From Selaginella moellendorffii (lineage: Eukaryota; Plantae; Lycopodiophyta), in the NCBI RefSeq assembly GCF_000143415.4, contig NW_003314332.1, positions 620,001 to 684,000 of the forward strand: a DNA stretch of 64,000 nucleotides, written 5' to 3'. Shown in pieces: positions 1-12,165 of the stretch. Each line of letters begins with the position of its first letter. The stretch's first letter is position 1. A program made the translations under genes and the position numbers. Below the pieces are notes generated by a model, which saw only the letters and a list, made by a program, of their open reading frames with translations, did not search any database and was not told where the DNA came from.

Positions 1-2095
1 TGGGAGGCCTGCTGTTAGCAGAGGACACTCGGCTTCCCCACTCGAGGAGCTCCTTGCTCGTATCATCTTTGTGAACAATGCACTCTAGAAAACAAAGGCT
101 GTCCTTCTTCTCGCCCTGAGCTTTGGCTATAGCTTCGATAAGATCCTTCTCATTTCGCACCTGAGGAAACAAATAAAAAGACTTGAGTCTAGAAAATGAT
201 AGAACTACAGGCCTACCTTTGCAGTCCAGCATTTGCCTTCATTGTTGTGAAACGCATCCACAACTCCGGTGTAGTTCCAGTTCTTGATGATGTTGTAGGG
301 GCCATCGTGGATCTCAACTTCAATGGTGTAGCCTCCGTTGTTTATCAGAAAGATGATGTTCTTCTGGCCATATCGGATCATGGTAGACACATCCTGAGCA
401 GTCACCTGGATTCACGATCTCTCGTGCGTAAAAACCTTGAGACTACTAAAAGGTTGTGATGAATACCTGAAAACTTCCGTCTCCAATGCATGAGATGACA
501 CGCTTGTCTTTGGCCGCTTGAGCGTATCCCAAGGTAGCTCCAACTGACCATCCAATTGATCCATATTGCATCTGGAACTCAAAGCTTTTTTCGACAAGAT
601 GGAATGAGTTTCGATCGAGGAGATAAGTTCATCGTGTCTTACCCGCATCCATCAGGGAGCTTAAGCTTCTGGCAATTGAACCAAGAATCACCAGTCTCAG
701 CAATCACTGCACTGTCCTTGGACAGCATCTCCTGAACCAAAACAACAAGCTTCCAACGTGAGAAAGGCAAGAGTTCGTGTACAAATCAAACACCTGGAAC
801 AAGCGCTTTACCTGGATGTGCTTGAAGAGGACATTGACACGAAGAGCATCCGTGCTGCCGTGTGTCACAACGTGTCCCTCAGGAACATACATCCTCTGGA
901 AGTTTTGGTAAGAAGTGTCGTTCTTGCGGAGCTTTTTGGCCAGAGCCTTGAGGAAATCTCGCATGACAATGCAACCAAACGAGAGGCGACCTCCGATGGT
1001 CACCCTCTCGCTTTGCACCATGATAACCTTCTCCTTTTTGATGAGCAACGAGTAGCCAACAGAGCTGTAATCGTTGAAAACCGGTCCGGCAAAGAGATAG
1101 GCGTCGGCCGACTCGACGATCTCGCAGCAATAAGGAGTGCTCACGGCTCCCCAGTAAGTTCCAATGAATCGAGGATGGGACTCTGGGAAGTAGCCCTTGG
1201 CGGATGGCATCACGGCAACCGGGTAGCTGCAAGCATCGGCGAGCTCCACAAACTCGTCCACCGCTCGGCAAGCTTTGAGCTTGTTGCCAGCCACGAGCAC
1301 CGGCTTGACTGCCGCGTTTAGAAACTCCGCGGCGGCAGTCACTGCCGCTTCCAAGCTCTGGTAGTTGCTCATCCTGGCGAGAAGAGCAAGGAAAACGAGA
1401 GTGTCAACTTTACGTTTGGATCGATCGGTCACCTGGGCGAGAGCGCGTAAGGAACCGGTTCTTTGCTGAAAGTTGGATGCTCGAGGCCGGCGAGGTTGCA
1501 GCAAACGCTGATGTAGACGGGCTTGCTCTCGCGAAGAGCAGTAGAAATCGCTCCATCGATGAGCTCGTGCGCGTCTTCCAGGTGCTGGATCACGGCCTGT
1601 GGAAAAACTTTAGCATAGAGAAAGAAGATAGAACAACTAAAGATCTTGGCTATGGCTTCTCTAGATTACCTGTGCGCACGTCACAGCTTGGAAGCAGCGA
1701 AGCTCCTGGCTGAAATCCGGGATGCCAATGGTGTGGTGGAGGATCCGGTTGGTCCCATAGTCATTGGAATTGGGGCCTCCCACTATACAAATCACTGGCA
1801 AGTTCTCGCTGTAAGCTCCAGCGATGGCGTTGAGGACGCTCAATCCCCCGACCGTGAAGGTGACGGCGCACGCCCCAACCCCGCGGGATCGAGCGTAGCC
1901 ATCGGCGGCGTAGCCAGCGTTGAGCTCGTTGCAGCAGCCCACCAGCGAGAGGCCTGGATGGTAGATGAGCTGATCCAGGAGAACCAGATTGAAATCCCCT
2001 GGCACCGCGAAGAGATCGCTCACGCCGATCTCCACCAGGCGCCGCGCGATGTGGCTGCCCAGCGTTGGCGAGCACGATGCATCCGGCCGTGGCAT
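1..2095 (-). CDS. PDC: Pyruvate decarboxylase (multi-exon; last few codons run off the left edge)
   Basis: Exons read [79 protein letters not shown], ThDP motif [24 protein letters not shown] and C-terminal [25 protein letters not shown] at 2095; GT-AG introns. Confidence 0.96.
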
Positions 2096-2434
2096 CTTGT
2101 GATTGATCGATCGATCGATCGATCGATCGAGGAAGAATGCGATTGACCCCTGTCCTCCCCTGCTAAATAGTGATCGCCAATCGAGAGAAAGAAAAGGGAA
2201 TCGCGGGATAGAAAATCTTTTTTGTTGCGGCCAGCCGCTGCACGGATGCCTGCCACCAAAGCAGGCCAAATGGCTGTTAGCTCGGCTATGGCGGCAGCAA
2301 ATCCTAGCCGTCCATCTTCTTAACTCAAAAAAATCAAGGATTTCTTAGTGTTTGAGAGATACACCTGAGCAGCAGTAGTTTTTTAACGGGAGAAAACAAA
2401 ATCGGTGTTTCTCTAGCGATCTTCGCCTGTAGCT

Positions 2435-5400
2435 CTACTGTTGCGGCCACTTTGGATAGACGCGCTTGTATAGATTCACGCATACCGCGTCTCTCTGCTG
2501 GACGACGCCATCGAACACGCATTTCATAGCTCCTGGAAGCACGGAAGTATAAGAAGCGAGCGAGGTTTCCTCAATCTCCAAAACACTGACCTCTAGTTCC
2601 TACTGGTTCCATGATACGGCCCCTTCTTCCATACTTTGTCCACAGCTCGAGAGGCTGCAAAAGCATTTTCATGTTAGAGAAACAAACTGGGAACTCGTAA
2701 GCAACACTCCATCACCTTAAACCATTTGACGTCTTCGGGATTGTGAAACATGTAGCGAACGATTGCTTTTCTTTTCGAGACTCTGAGAGGGTATCTGTGG
2801 ATTGATCAAGTCATGGAAAGGACGTTAGAGAAATGCAGAACTGTGTCTGAGCTTACCCCGAAAGTATGATCTTCTTTAGAATGATCCTGTCCGGGTCTGC
2901 ATTCTTCAGCAGACCTGATGCTACGTAGTGTAGATTTTGAGCGTCACGCTTGAAGACTACGAGCGGGCCGGGTGGGAACTGCACGGGCATAATGACCGAG
3001 GCCACAGAGAATCGTCCTGCATGAAGAAAACGTTCGTACTTATGCTTGTTCATGTTGATATCGTCAGTGGAAAATATGGGCCTACATCAAATTCACATTC
3101 AAAAAAGTAACAATGTGAGTCTCTAGAAACTTTGAGAGAAGATTGGCTCACCTGGTGAAATAAGATCGAAAGCCTATGTGGAAAAGCAAATTCTCTTTTG
3201 ATTTGATTGGTTCCGTGAAGCTATCGTTCTTCTTGATGCTGCCAGAGACGTCAACAGGACGTGTCATGCATACGTAGAAAAAGAAAACAAACTCTTAACG
3301 TCTCACCTGAAATGCACGACGGTCATCTTGGATTCATGCTGGAATAACCCACAGGCCACCAGAGGACACGTCCTATAGGATTCCAAAAGGCTCGCAGCGA
3401 CGGAACTCGAGAAGTTCCTTATATGAAGTCTCACAAACGAGCCCGTACACGCTGAGAACGCCTCGTCGACGCAGCTAGCCTTCTTGGTAACATGCTTCAT
3501 TGTTCTGTTAAAGTTGTCAAACGCAAATATTCTTGCGTAGTCCGCTGGCAGAGATTCCTGGGCAAACGCATTACTTTGAGAAATGACAAGGAAGGAGACG
3601 AAACCTTTGGATCCCAAGCTGAAGTTCGCATGGATTTTAATCCTCTATATCTGGCAAAACGCTCTCTAGCTGGCACGTCCATGGGTGTATCCACCTCATC
3701 CGGAAATTCTGAAAATGCGCGGGCGCTAGAAAACTTAAAATAAAAATAAAAGAATCGTTCAGACCTTCATCGCTTCTAACAGCCTCTTTCAGACGCTGAA
3801 TCTCTTCTTTACGCTGACTGATGCTCAAAGGTTCATCATCCTGCAAGCACAATACAGCAATGTTTAAAAGACACCACAGACGCCGCTTCTTTTACCATCA
3901 TTTCGCTTGTGTCTGCTTCAGTCTCCTCTTCCTCAAATGCGCCGCGTGATGCATCATCTTGATACTCATCGTCACACTGCATCTCCTGTGTGTTTTCGGC
4001 ATTTTCAATGTCACTTCCCTCTTCTTCATCAGACTCATCCATAATCCAGGATGCCTATATGAACAGAAAATCATTGCTGAATAAAATTCAACACGTCAAA
4101 CCTGATAATCAGAAGTCCCCTTGGGCAGCTTTCTGCGTTTCCGGCCTTGGTCTCGGACATCAGCTTTAGCCAGTTCTTCTTCGGTTGGCCATGTCTACAC
4201 GACCACATGTAAATTCATTCCCTCTTCTATAATATGGGGTTACCTGCTCGCCAGCAAGAGGATCAAGGATGTTCTCTATAACAAGAGCTTCCTGCTTGTT
4301 TGGATCTGGAAGTATTTCCTGCGGCCAAAAAATAAAATGTCAAAGTTCCCACCCGTGTTACGACGCGTTACCTTGTGTGCGTCTACTGCCATGCCGTCAA
4401 ACTTTTTATTAGACAGAGGGCAAGGATCGTCAAGAATCTCCATCTTTTCCAACTGAAAATCCCCTATTCCTGATATGTGAATCTGCGACAATTTAATGAG
4501 AAAGCTCGGTCTACATCTTAAGCACCATCTATTTTCATTACCAGCTTATTGACTGAAAGACTTTGCTCCCGAACATAGCCCGAAAGACGCAGCGTTCCCA
4601 CGCTAGGAGATTGGGAATCAGCTTCAAAGGCAAGCTACATGCAACAAGGTTATAAGCACAGCAACGACATTTCCGACGAGTGCTAACCTGCTCTGCCATT
4701 ACGTATGGCCGCTGCGAACGCCATTGAAGGTGAGAAGGGCGCTGCTCGGAAATATGCCTAAGCATCTGCACTCATTGTGCGTTAAGAGGAACCGAAAGAA
4801 GTATGTAGAAACCTGCTGAGCTTCGTCGTTGCTACTGCCATCGAAGGTTTTCACGTGAGGAGGAAATTCAGCCTCGAGCCTATCGTGATAGAGCTTCCAA
4901 ACATCTGCGCGTTTCTTAGAAGCCACATCTCCCAGCCCCTGCCACATTGTTTATCAATCGTAAGGAAAAGCTCCGAGCTATCGTACCAATGGAATGCCAA
5001 TAGTATGTGGGAGACCTTGTGCCTTCAACATGGAGAGAACAGGCTTGCCACTCTTTTCAAAAACGTTTTCGTCATTCTCCGCTACGGAGAACACGAAAGC
5101 AACAATGTCTGCCACCTGCAAGCACAGGATCTTTGTTACAAACTGCGATCATCGACCTACACAGAAGAAAAAATCACCTTGACAGCTTGTAGACAGGTTT
5201 GGAGGTCCCCGTAAGGTGCCTCAAGCACCTACACGAAAAGTTTTGCAAGATACGATTGGAAAAAGTTTCAACAGCCTTACTTACAGTTAATCTGAATTTG
5301 AGTCTTGGTATACTGATGGAACCGAGACTTCCCTCACTTGGATTTTCAGTTTCCATGGCGTCAACAGCACAGGACTCATCGCCCAGGCATGCTGCAACAA

Positions 5401-5845
5401 TTCTCTTCTTGAGTTCTCCAGTTTGTGCCCGAGAATCCAAAGGAACCAGAACCTGGAGCAGAATAGTTCTACGCAAGCACAAATACTAAAAGAAGAACTC
5501 ACGAGTACACGAGGGGCACTTTTATCTCCTTTAATTCCACGTCTCTCGGAGAGCAAAATCGCTCGTTTGCTGTCACGAATCTAAAACACAAGCTCCGTTA
5601 AATTCATTCCACGGGATTCAATCCTCTTACATTTTTGTTCCTCTGCAACCTGAGCTCCTTGGCACTCTGCTGGACTGCGGATTTCTTTGAATTCTTCTCC
5701 TCTGCAAGAGGAGTCACAAACTATATCACTCTAATCCGCGCGACTTACTTGTAGTCCCTGCCAATTTGTGATCTCGACGAGACGATTTGGAGGAGAAGCG
5801 CGTCTTGTGAGCCTTGTTCTTCTGCGCTCTCCCCGATCCAGCCAT
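2435..5845 (-). CDS. TSR1: Pre-rRNA processing protein TSR1 homolog (BMS1/TSR1 family), many exons
   Basis: N-terminus [21 protein letters not shown]; [11 protein letters not shown]; [10 protein letters not shown]; [34 protein letters not shown]; C-terminus [48 protein letters not shown] stop at 2435. Confidence 0.93.
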
Positions 5846-5850
5846 TGCCG

Positions 5851-5931
5851 TTATAACCCCAAAACCCTAGCTAGGGTAATGGACATTGGCCGTTTTTCCC
5901 ATTTAAAACTTTTAGGGCTCTTGCTATAGCT
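5851..5931. promoter_or_regulatory. Bidirectional spacer with telo-box (AAACCCTA) palindrome between TSR1 and MTA
   Basis: AAACCCTA at 5862-5869 lies within the palindrome ACCCTAGCTAGGGT (5864-5877); only ~120 bp separate the divergent ATGs. Confidence 0.7.
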
Positions 5932-5966
5932 ATGGCGGATCGCAGGTAGACTGGCTCGATCGGGCG

Positions 5967-8193
5967 ATGAACAGCGAGGCTAGCTTCATCCGCGAGGAGC
6001 GGCGTCTCCTCACCGAGCAGATCGATAGGCAGCGACAGTCGAGGAAGGAGCTCCTCAACAATCTCCGCAATGCCGATCCAGAAATCTCGGCCTCGCTGGA
6101 TCTGGCAGCCGCCGTGTCTGACTGCTCGCCTCGGCTTCTTCCACGGCCGCGCAGGGATCGCAAGCCAGAGCGAGCTCTGGATTCCCAGGCCGGGCAGCCA
6201 GACTCGGGTAGCGCATTGGAGCTTGTCAAGGGATTGATCGCCGGCTGTTTGGCTTCTCCAGGCACTGCCATTCCCATCGACTCGATTGGACTGGCGAGGA
6301 GAATGCCCACAGATTTTAGCGCGGCCGAGAGAGAGGCAGTGGATTCGATTGGGGGGCCTGGTGGTGTGATTGGCGCTGTTGAGGCAGGCTTGAGAGCTCT
6401 TGCTGATGGGATAGGAGCTCCAATGGAGGTCGAAGAGTGCGTTCTTGGTGGTAAGAAAAGGATCATGGTTCTCAGCGTGGACAAGGCTAGATTGGCAGGA
6501 GAAGCTCGTGGTCATTCGCAGCAGCCTTCTGGCGACAGTGGATCGCTCCACTCGGCATCCGCTCGGTCGACCACAAATGCCGAGAGCGGGCATTTGCACA
6601 CGGTTTTTCCTCACGCGATGGGACTTCCTCCGAGGATGATGGCTGGAATGGGATTTGGAGGTATGCTTCCTTTCCAGCAAAGGCCTGGACAATTGCCCAC
6701 GAAATCTGGCAGTGAGGATGTCATGAAGGATCTGGAGACTTTGCTCGCCAAGAAATCGTATCTCGAGTCGCAAAAATCAAAGACTGGAGAAGAGCTCTTG
6801 GATCTTCTTCATCGGCCGACTGCGAAGGAGACTGCTGTGGCAGCAAAGGTTTGATTCTCAACTCTTTTTTTTCTTTTTCTGTTTACTCTTATATGGTTGT
6901 CTGTTATCGCAGTTTAAAACAAAAGGTGGCTCGGCCTTGAAAGAGTACTGCCCATCACTGACGAAAGAAGATTGCCGTGGTCATCGAGGTTCTTATTTGC
7001 CATGCGAAAAGGTCGTTCGTTTCATTGCTGCTACAAGCGAGTTTTAACACCAAGCTCTCTGTATGTTCGCAGATGCATTTTCGCAGGATCATTTCTCTAC
7101 ACACGGATGTGAACTTGGGCGATTGCTCGTTCCTGGACACATGCAGACACATGAAGGTATGGATCTTCTTCCCGCAAGAGCTTTGAAAGAAAGTCGAATT
7201 CTCGCAGACATGCAAATACGTCCACTACGAGCTTGATGCTACGCTAGATGTTCCCGGTGTCTCACGCTCGCTTTCGAAACCCAGAGCCGACTACTGCTCT
7301 GAGGTTGAGCTTGGCGAACCGCAGTGGGTCAACTGCGATATCCGTTCCTTCAAAATGGAAATACTCGGCCAGTTTGGAGTCATCATGGCTGATCCTCCTT
7401 GGGACATTCACATGGAGCTTCCATACGGAACGATGTCTGATGATGAGATGCGGAACTTAAATGTTCCGGTCTTACAAACGGACGGGCTTCTTTTCCTCTG
7501 GGTAACAGGACGAGCAATGGAGCTTGGACGGGAATGGTAACAAATCTTTCCTCTTCGATTATAGTTTTTTTCTTGCTAAGAGCAGTTTCTTTTCTCATAC
7601 AGCTTGGAACTATGGGGCTACAAACGAGTCGAGGAACTCATCTGGGTGAAGACAAACCAATTGCAACGGATAATCCGGACCGGACGGACAGGCCACTGGC
7701 TCAACCATTCCAAAGAGCATTGCTTGGTTGGGATCAAGGGCAACCCGGAGGTAAACAGGAACATTGACACTGATGTCATCGTAGCCGAAGTCAGGGAGAC
7801 AAGCCGAAAGCCGGACGAGGTTTCTTACATACTTTATGCGTCTTTCTCTTCTTTTCTTCTCACCAGCATTCTTTTATCTTGTGTGTAGATGTATCCAATG
7901 CTGGAACGAATAAGTCCTCGAACGCGAAAGCTGGAGTTGTTTGCCAGAATGCACAACACACATGCAGGGTACAGTTCCCTCTCGTGTTTCTCTGTTTTTC
8001 TAGTCCAGCTATCTGTTGGATGTTTGATTCTTTCAGGTGGATATCTCTAGGCAACCAGCTGAACGGTGTTCGCCTGGTTGACGATAACCTGCGAAGGCGT
8101 TTCAAAGCAGCATATCCAGATGTTGAAGTCCATCCTCCTAATCTGTCTTTCGGCACTGAAACATCTTCGTCTCAAGCTCCTCTTTTGGTGTGA
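5967..8193 (+). CDS. MTA: mRNA N6-adenosine methyltransferase MT-A70 (METTL3/MTA), 7 exons
   Basis: CCCH zinc fingers ([11 protein letters not shown]; [23 protein letters not shown]), catalytic [58 protein letters not shown]. Confidence 0.97.
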
Positions 8194-8559
8194 CACACGT
8201 AAGTAATTCTCTGTTTATTTCAATCTCTCTGATGACTCCTGCATTTTTTTTCCTCAGAATTGTATGCTATGGTGTCAAGCTTTCTTCGAGTGCTGGAGAT
8301 ATCACACGAAACGAAGGTGTGAGGCGGGTAAGCTAGTGTCAAGTTTGATTCTTGGACGTAAACTGACCCTTGGCTATGCAGTTTATTGCGTGTTGCTGCA
8401 ACACGAAAAGCTTTCATGTGGAGTAGGAAAGCAATAGTTCACCCAAGAACTTCTCTATCTCTAATCAAAGATCGAGCAAATCCAGCGTTCCAAATTCTTC
8501 TCTTGAGAGCTTAGATGATCATTTGTACAATAACGCAAGTACAATAACGAAATATCATT

Positions 8560-8982
8560 CTAAATGGACCATTCAAGCTGCAAAACTGAGGGTTCATCCT
8601 GGTCTTTGCCAACATGTCTACAATCCACACCAAATTCCATAGCCAGCCCATCAACAAAGAAATAGATCTCCTCCCTGGGTACCTCCTTGAGCATAACCTT
8701 ACTGCAAAACTCATGGTTTCCAGTGAGAAAAACGAAGTCTTTTCTTTCTCTATCCCAGCACCCGCTGATCCACTGCTGGAATGACTCTTTCGCTTCCTGG
8801 CCTAAGGTATCAAACCAGAGTCGCATGCTCCTCCACTCCAGAAAAACGTCCCAGGTAAAAGGAGTACAAACCTCGGGATCCTCCTCGTACCAGCACCAAC
8901 TTTCATCATCGTTGCTTCGCATACTGTTTGGAGCAAAGAATTGCGCGCCGCCAACTATCATCCGCTGCTTCCAAGCTGCCAA
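8560..8982 (-). CDS. Hypothetical Trp/acidic-rich ORF, no family recognised
   Basis: 140-codon ORF only; may be spliced or a pseudogene. Confidence 0.3.
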   Translation of the reverse strand: MAAWKQRMIVGGAQFFAPNSMRSNDDESWCWYEEDPEVCTPFTWDVFLEWRSMRLWFDTLGQEAKESFQQWISGCWDRERKDFVFLTGNHEFCSKVMLKEVPREEIYFFVDGLAMEFGVDCRHVGKDQDEPSVLQLEWSI

Positions 8983-9184
8983 CCTTGGTTCGCTTTCTAA
9001 GGTTTGAGCGGCAAGCCTGTCGCAGATGTAGGTCCTGGGGGGGGGGGGGGGAAGTGAATCATCAATTCAAAACATATCTGTGCATGTACCTTATTCCAGA
9101 GCTTGGACGATTGATCATACTCATCCAGTGATCTTTGTGCCATTGCAAAAGCTCCAAGCTCAACATCGTACAAGAATGAAAGCC

Positions 9185-10140
9185 CTAAAACCAAAGCTCT
9201 AGGGATGCTGCTCGAAAACTTGGGTCGGCTGGACAAGGCCGAGTTCCAGCTTAAGCAAGCGTCCTGCACTGGCTCCACTACTCACTATGGGGTTTCCTCT
9301 TCGACCATGGCACTGCCACAGATCTCTCTGCAAAGCGTCGACGGTTGCTGTGGTGGAGCGCCGCCTGGACTGGCCATCCACTGTACGAGTCTCCTCGGAC
9401 GACTTAAGCTGTGCACGGTTTGGACCGGCTCAGGCTGAGCCGGCTCAGGCAATTGCAGAGCTCAAGCTCAAGCTGGCCAACCAGAACTTGTTCGTAGCCC
9501 ACACATCACACACGACGCATCTTTGCATCTCCGACGAGTTGGGGAAGTCCGGGAAAGTTGGTGTCGCTGTTGAGTCTTTGGAGAAGCTTGGACTGAAGAA
9601 GGCGATTGACGGCACGTGGATTTGGCTAGAAAATCCAAAGAGTATCCTGACCACTTTGGGATCTCTAGCTTGGAGGGGGCATAGATTTGCGAGAACCAGA
9701 CAGCAAAGTGAAGTATAAACACGGACAAGGTACAAGCTTCACTTTTACAGGCAGTCTTCGTGCGCTGAAAGTTCTTGTCCTGCTTACAGCTTCCAAGTTT
9801 ATACTCGCCAAGCGGTCATCTCAAACTTGCATCTTCTTTGTCAGCGAATGTTTCCTGAATGTTTCTAGAATGTTTCCTGTCATTTCCCTCGTCACATTGT
9901 CTGTTGTAATTTTAAATTGGTCGGGTCCACACACAGGAAGAGTTCTTTAATCAGATGCAGGATCATTGCTCACACGGAAGGTATGGATCTTCTTCTCGGA
10001 AGGGCTCTAAAAGATTTTTATTCTTGCAGAAATGTGCTCCACAACAGATGGGTGTTATACTTGGAGCCGAAGCGCACTAGAGACAAGGCCTAAGCTCGCC
10101 TCAAGTTTTCGTAACCGACTGGAAAAGAATTTCAATTGCA
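9185..10140 (+). pseudogene. Deleted copy of TPR/Myb-like gene followed by MTA fragments (unit 1)
   Basis: GMLLENLGRLDKAEFQLKQAS and KLKLANQNLFVAHTSHT match 11385-11760; 9950-10035 matches MTA exon3/intron3 (gaaggtatggatcttctt). Confidence 0.8.
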
Positions 10141-10396
10141 AGGTATGATTCAGTTTCATTTATACAGTGTCTCATTTTAATACGATATCATCCTGAAGTG
10201 TTACCTAGTCTCTTGGTGCTGTATTGGGGTCGCGACTGTATTCGGACCGGAGAAAATCCAGCGTTGCTCCGAGTGTTGACGATGTTGAGCTCTGCAATGG
10301 CACAAAAACGCTAGGTGGGAATGATCAATCGTCCAAGCTAGAGTACATTTTATATTGGATGGACACTAAAGATCCCCTTATACTTTACAAAATCGA

Positions 10397-10799
10397 TTAG
10401 TTAATTTCGCTCCAGCTGTAGAAAGCAAACTCATAGTCTAGAAAACGCTGGTATAGTCTAGAACACGTTGGGACGAGTGGAAAAACGCTGGGACGAGAGG
10501 TATAGAGGATCGGTGTCGCTCCACCATACATGACGGCCTGTGCGTGCTCATCGACGAATTGGCAGACTTCATTCTTTATGTCGAGCAAGAACTGAAAGCT
10601 GTGTCGTATTTGCCCCGCTGCAGATTCTCGACGAGATTGCGCAGTACCTATCGCTCAAAGCAACATTCTTTAGCCTCGATCAAACCGGCAATGTGAGAGC
10701 AGACCTCCGCTTGATAGAACCTCGCATGTCGTGAAACTTGCGGGCAGTGGATTCCGACACATCGCCGCCAAGAGCCTCGTAAATTGCTCTGACCCACAT
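10397..10799 (-). CDS. Hypothetical small protein, possibly two exons, divergent from the 10950 gene
   Basis: MWVRAIYEALGG.. can splice in phase (CGAG/gt..ag/GTACT) onto QFLLDIKNEVCQF..WSEIN stop; no family recognised. Confidence 0.3.
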
Positions 10800-10949
10800 G
10801 CTCGCGACCAAGCAGCGAGGGCGTCGAGGTAGGGAAGCTCTTGCGCCGCAACATGAAAATTGATCCAAGAGAGGAAAGCCGGAAGCTTTCGACGAAGAAG
10901 AGTATAAAAAGCTTGCCAATAAAGTTAGGGTTTAAGCTAGGGCTCTGAA

Positions 10950-11984
10950 ATGGCGAGCGCTCTGGATCGTGGCACTCGTCCGTGGCTGCCCGTTCTGCAT
11001 CAAGCTCAAGGTGTCACCGATTCGCGTAAGTTCCTTCTCCCATACAAGAGGATCAGGCAGCAGCAGCGAAGTATCTCACTCGAGAAAGAAGAACTGAAAG
11101 AAGAGAGAGGCGAGCTTTTGGCTCTGGCGCTGGCGCGCTCCCCTCGGTGGTTTCCAGTCTTCGACGAGATGGTTCCGTCCATGCAGGAGCTTACGCATGC
11201 CCAGGAGAGGCTGCAACTCCAGCAGCCAAATGACTTCTCGCGACGAGCGATTGCTCTAGGGGATTTGCTGCTGCTCCAAGGCAGCTTTGACGAGGCTGAG
11301 GCGAGCTTCCAGAGGGCGATATCTTCCGCGGCTACTGCTGGCGATCGAGACGAGGAGAATCGCGTCACAGCTCAGGTGAAGCTTGGGATGCTGCTCGAGA
11401 ACTTGGGTCGGCTGGACGAGGCGGAGTTCCAGCTTAAGCAAGCGTCTTCTACTGGCTCCACTATCACTGGTGCTACTCACTATGGGGCTCTCAAGTTCCT
11501 CCAGCTCTTTCTCTTCGACCATGGCACTGCCTCAGCGTACCGTGATCTCTCTGCAAGCATCGATGGTTGCTGGGAGTTTCGAAAGTGGTGGAGCGCTGCG
11601 TCGACTGGCCATCCACTCTACGAGTCTCCCTATGGATTTGTCGACGACTTGAGCTTTGCATGGTTTGGACGGCTCAGGCTAGGCCTCGTGCACAAGCTCG
11701 TCACCAAGAAGCTCAAGCTGGCCAACCAGAACTTGTTCGTAGCTCACACATCACACAGGACGCATTCGCTGCTGGCTGTGCATCTCCGACGAGTTGGGGA
11801 AGTCCGGGATCATTGGTTTAAGTTGGTGTCGCTGGATGGAGTTCCTGTGGAGTCTCCGGAGAAGCACAGCAAGTATTGGACTGAAGAAGACGATAGACGT
11901 CTCTTAGAACGCGTCGCTTTCCAAGATCCAAAGAGTATCCTGTCGCACCGCCTTGTGTGCAAAACACCACTTTGGGAGCTCTAG
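10950..11984 (+). CDS. TPR-repeat protein with C-terminal Myb/SANT-like start (unit 2, longest copy; C-terminus probably frameshifted)
   Basis: Two TPR-like helical pairs (ALGDLLLLQGSFDEAEASFQRAI; KLGMLLENLGRLDEAEFQLKQA), Myb-like YWTEEDDRRLLERV; telo-box TAGGGTTT at 10926. Confidence 0.6.
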   Translation: MASALDRGTRPWLPVLHQAQGVTDSRKFLLPYKRIRQQQRSISLEKEELKEERGELLALALARSPRWFPVFDEMVPSMQELTHAQERLQLQQPNDFSRRAIALGDLLLLQGSFDEAEASFQRAISSAATAGDRDEENRVTAQVKLGMLLENLGRLDEAEFQLKQASSTGSTITGATHYGALKFLQLFLFDHGTASAYRDLSASIDGCWEFRKWWSAASTGHPLYESPYGFVDDLSFAWFGRLRLGLVHKLVTKKLKLANQNLFVAHTSHRTHSLLAVHLRRVGEVRDHWFKLVSLDGVPVESPEKHSKYWTEEDDRRLLERVAFQDPKSILSHRLVCKTPLWEL

Positions 11985-12029
11985 CTTGGACGGAGCAAGA
12001 CCCAGACAGCAAAGTGAAGCCTTGCTGAC

Positions 12030-12165
12030 AAGGTACGCAAATACGGAAGGAACTGCTCGGGGATAAAAGAACACTGCAGCACAGGAAGAGGTTTCTTATA
12101 TCAGACGCAGGCCTTGATACATGCAGAGACGTATGGACATTCTTCCCGCAAGAGCTCTAAAAGGA
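12030..12165 (+). pseudogene. Decayed MTA exon2-intron3 fragments
   Basis: ctcggggataaaagaacactgc resembles MTA ctcggccttgaaagagtactgc; gtatggacattcttcccgcaagagct resembles MTA gtatggatcttcttcccgcaagagct. Confidence 0.7.

Noticed and set aside
2101-2130. (GATC)n tract in the PDC 5' UTR
   Set aside because: Simple microsatellite with no evidence of function.
5871-6773. Long antisense ORFs over MTA exon 1 (similar cases over 58-63 kb genes)
   Set aside because: Shadow ORFs of GC-rich coding sequence with no recognisable motifs.
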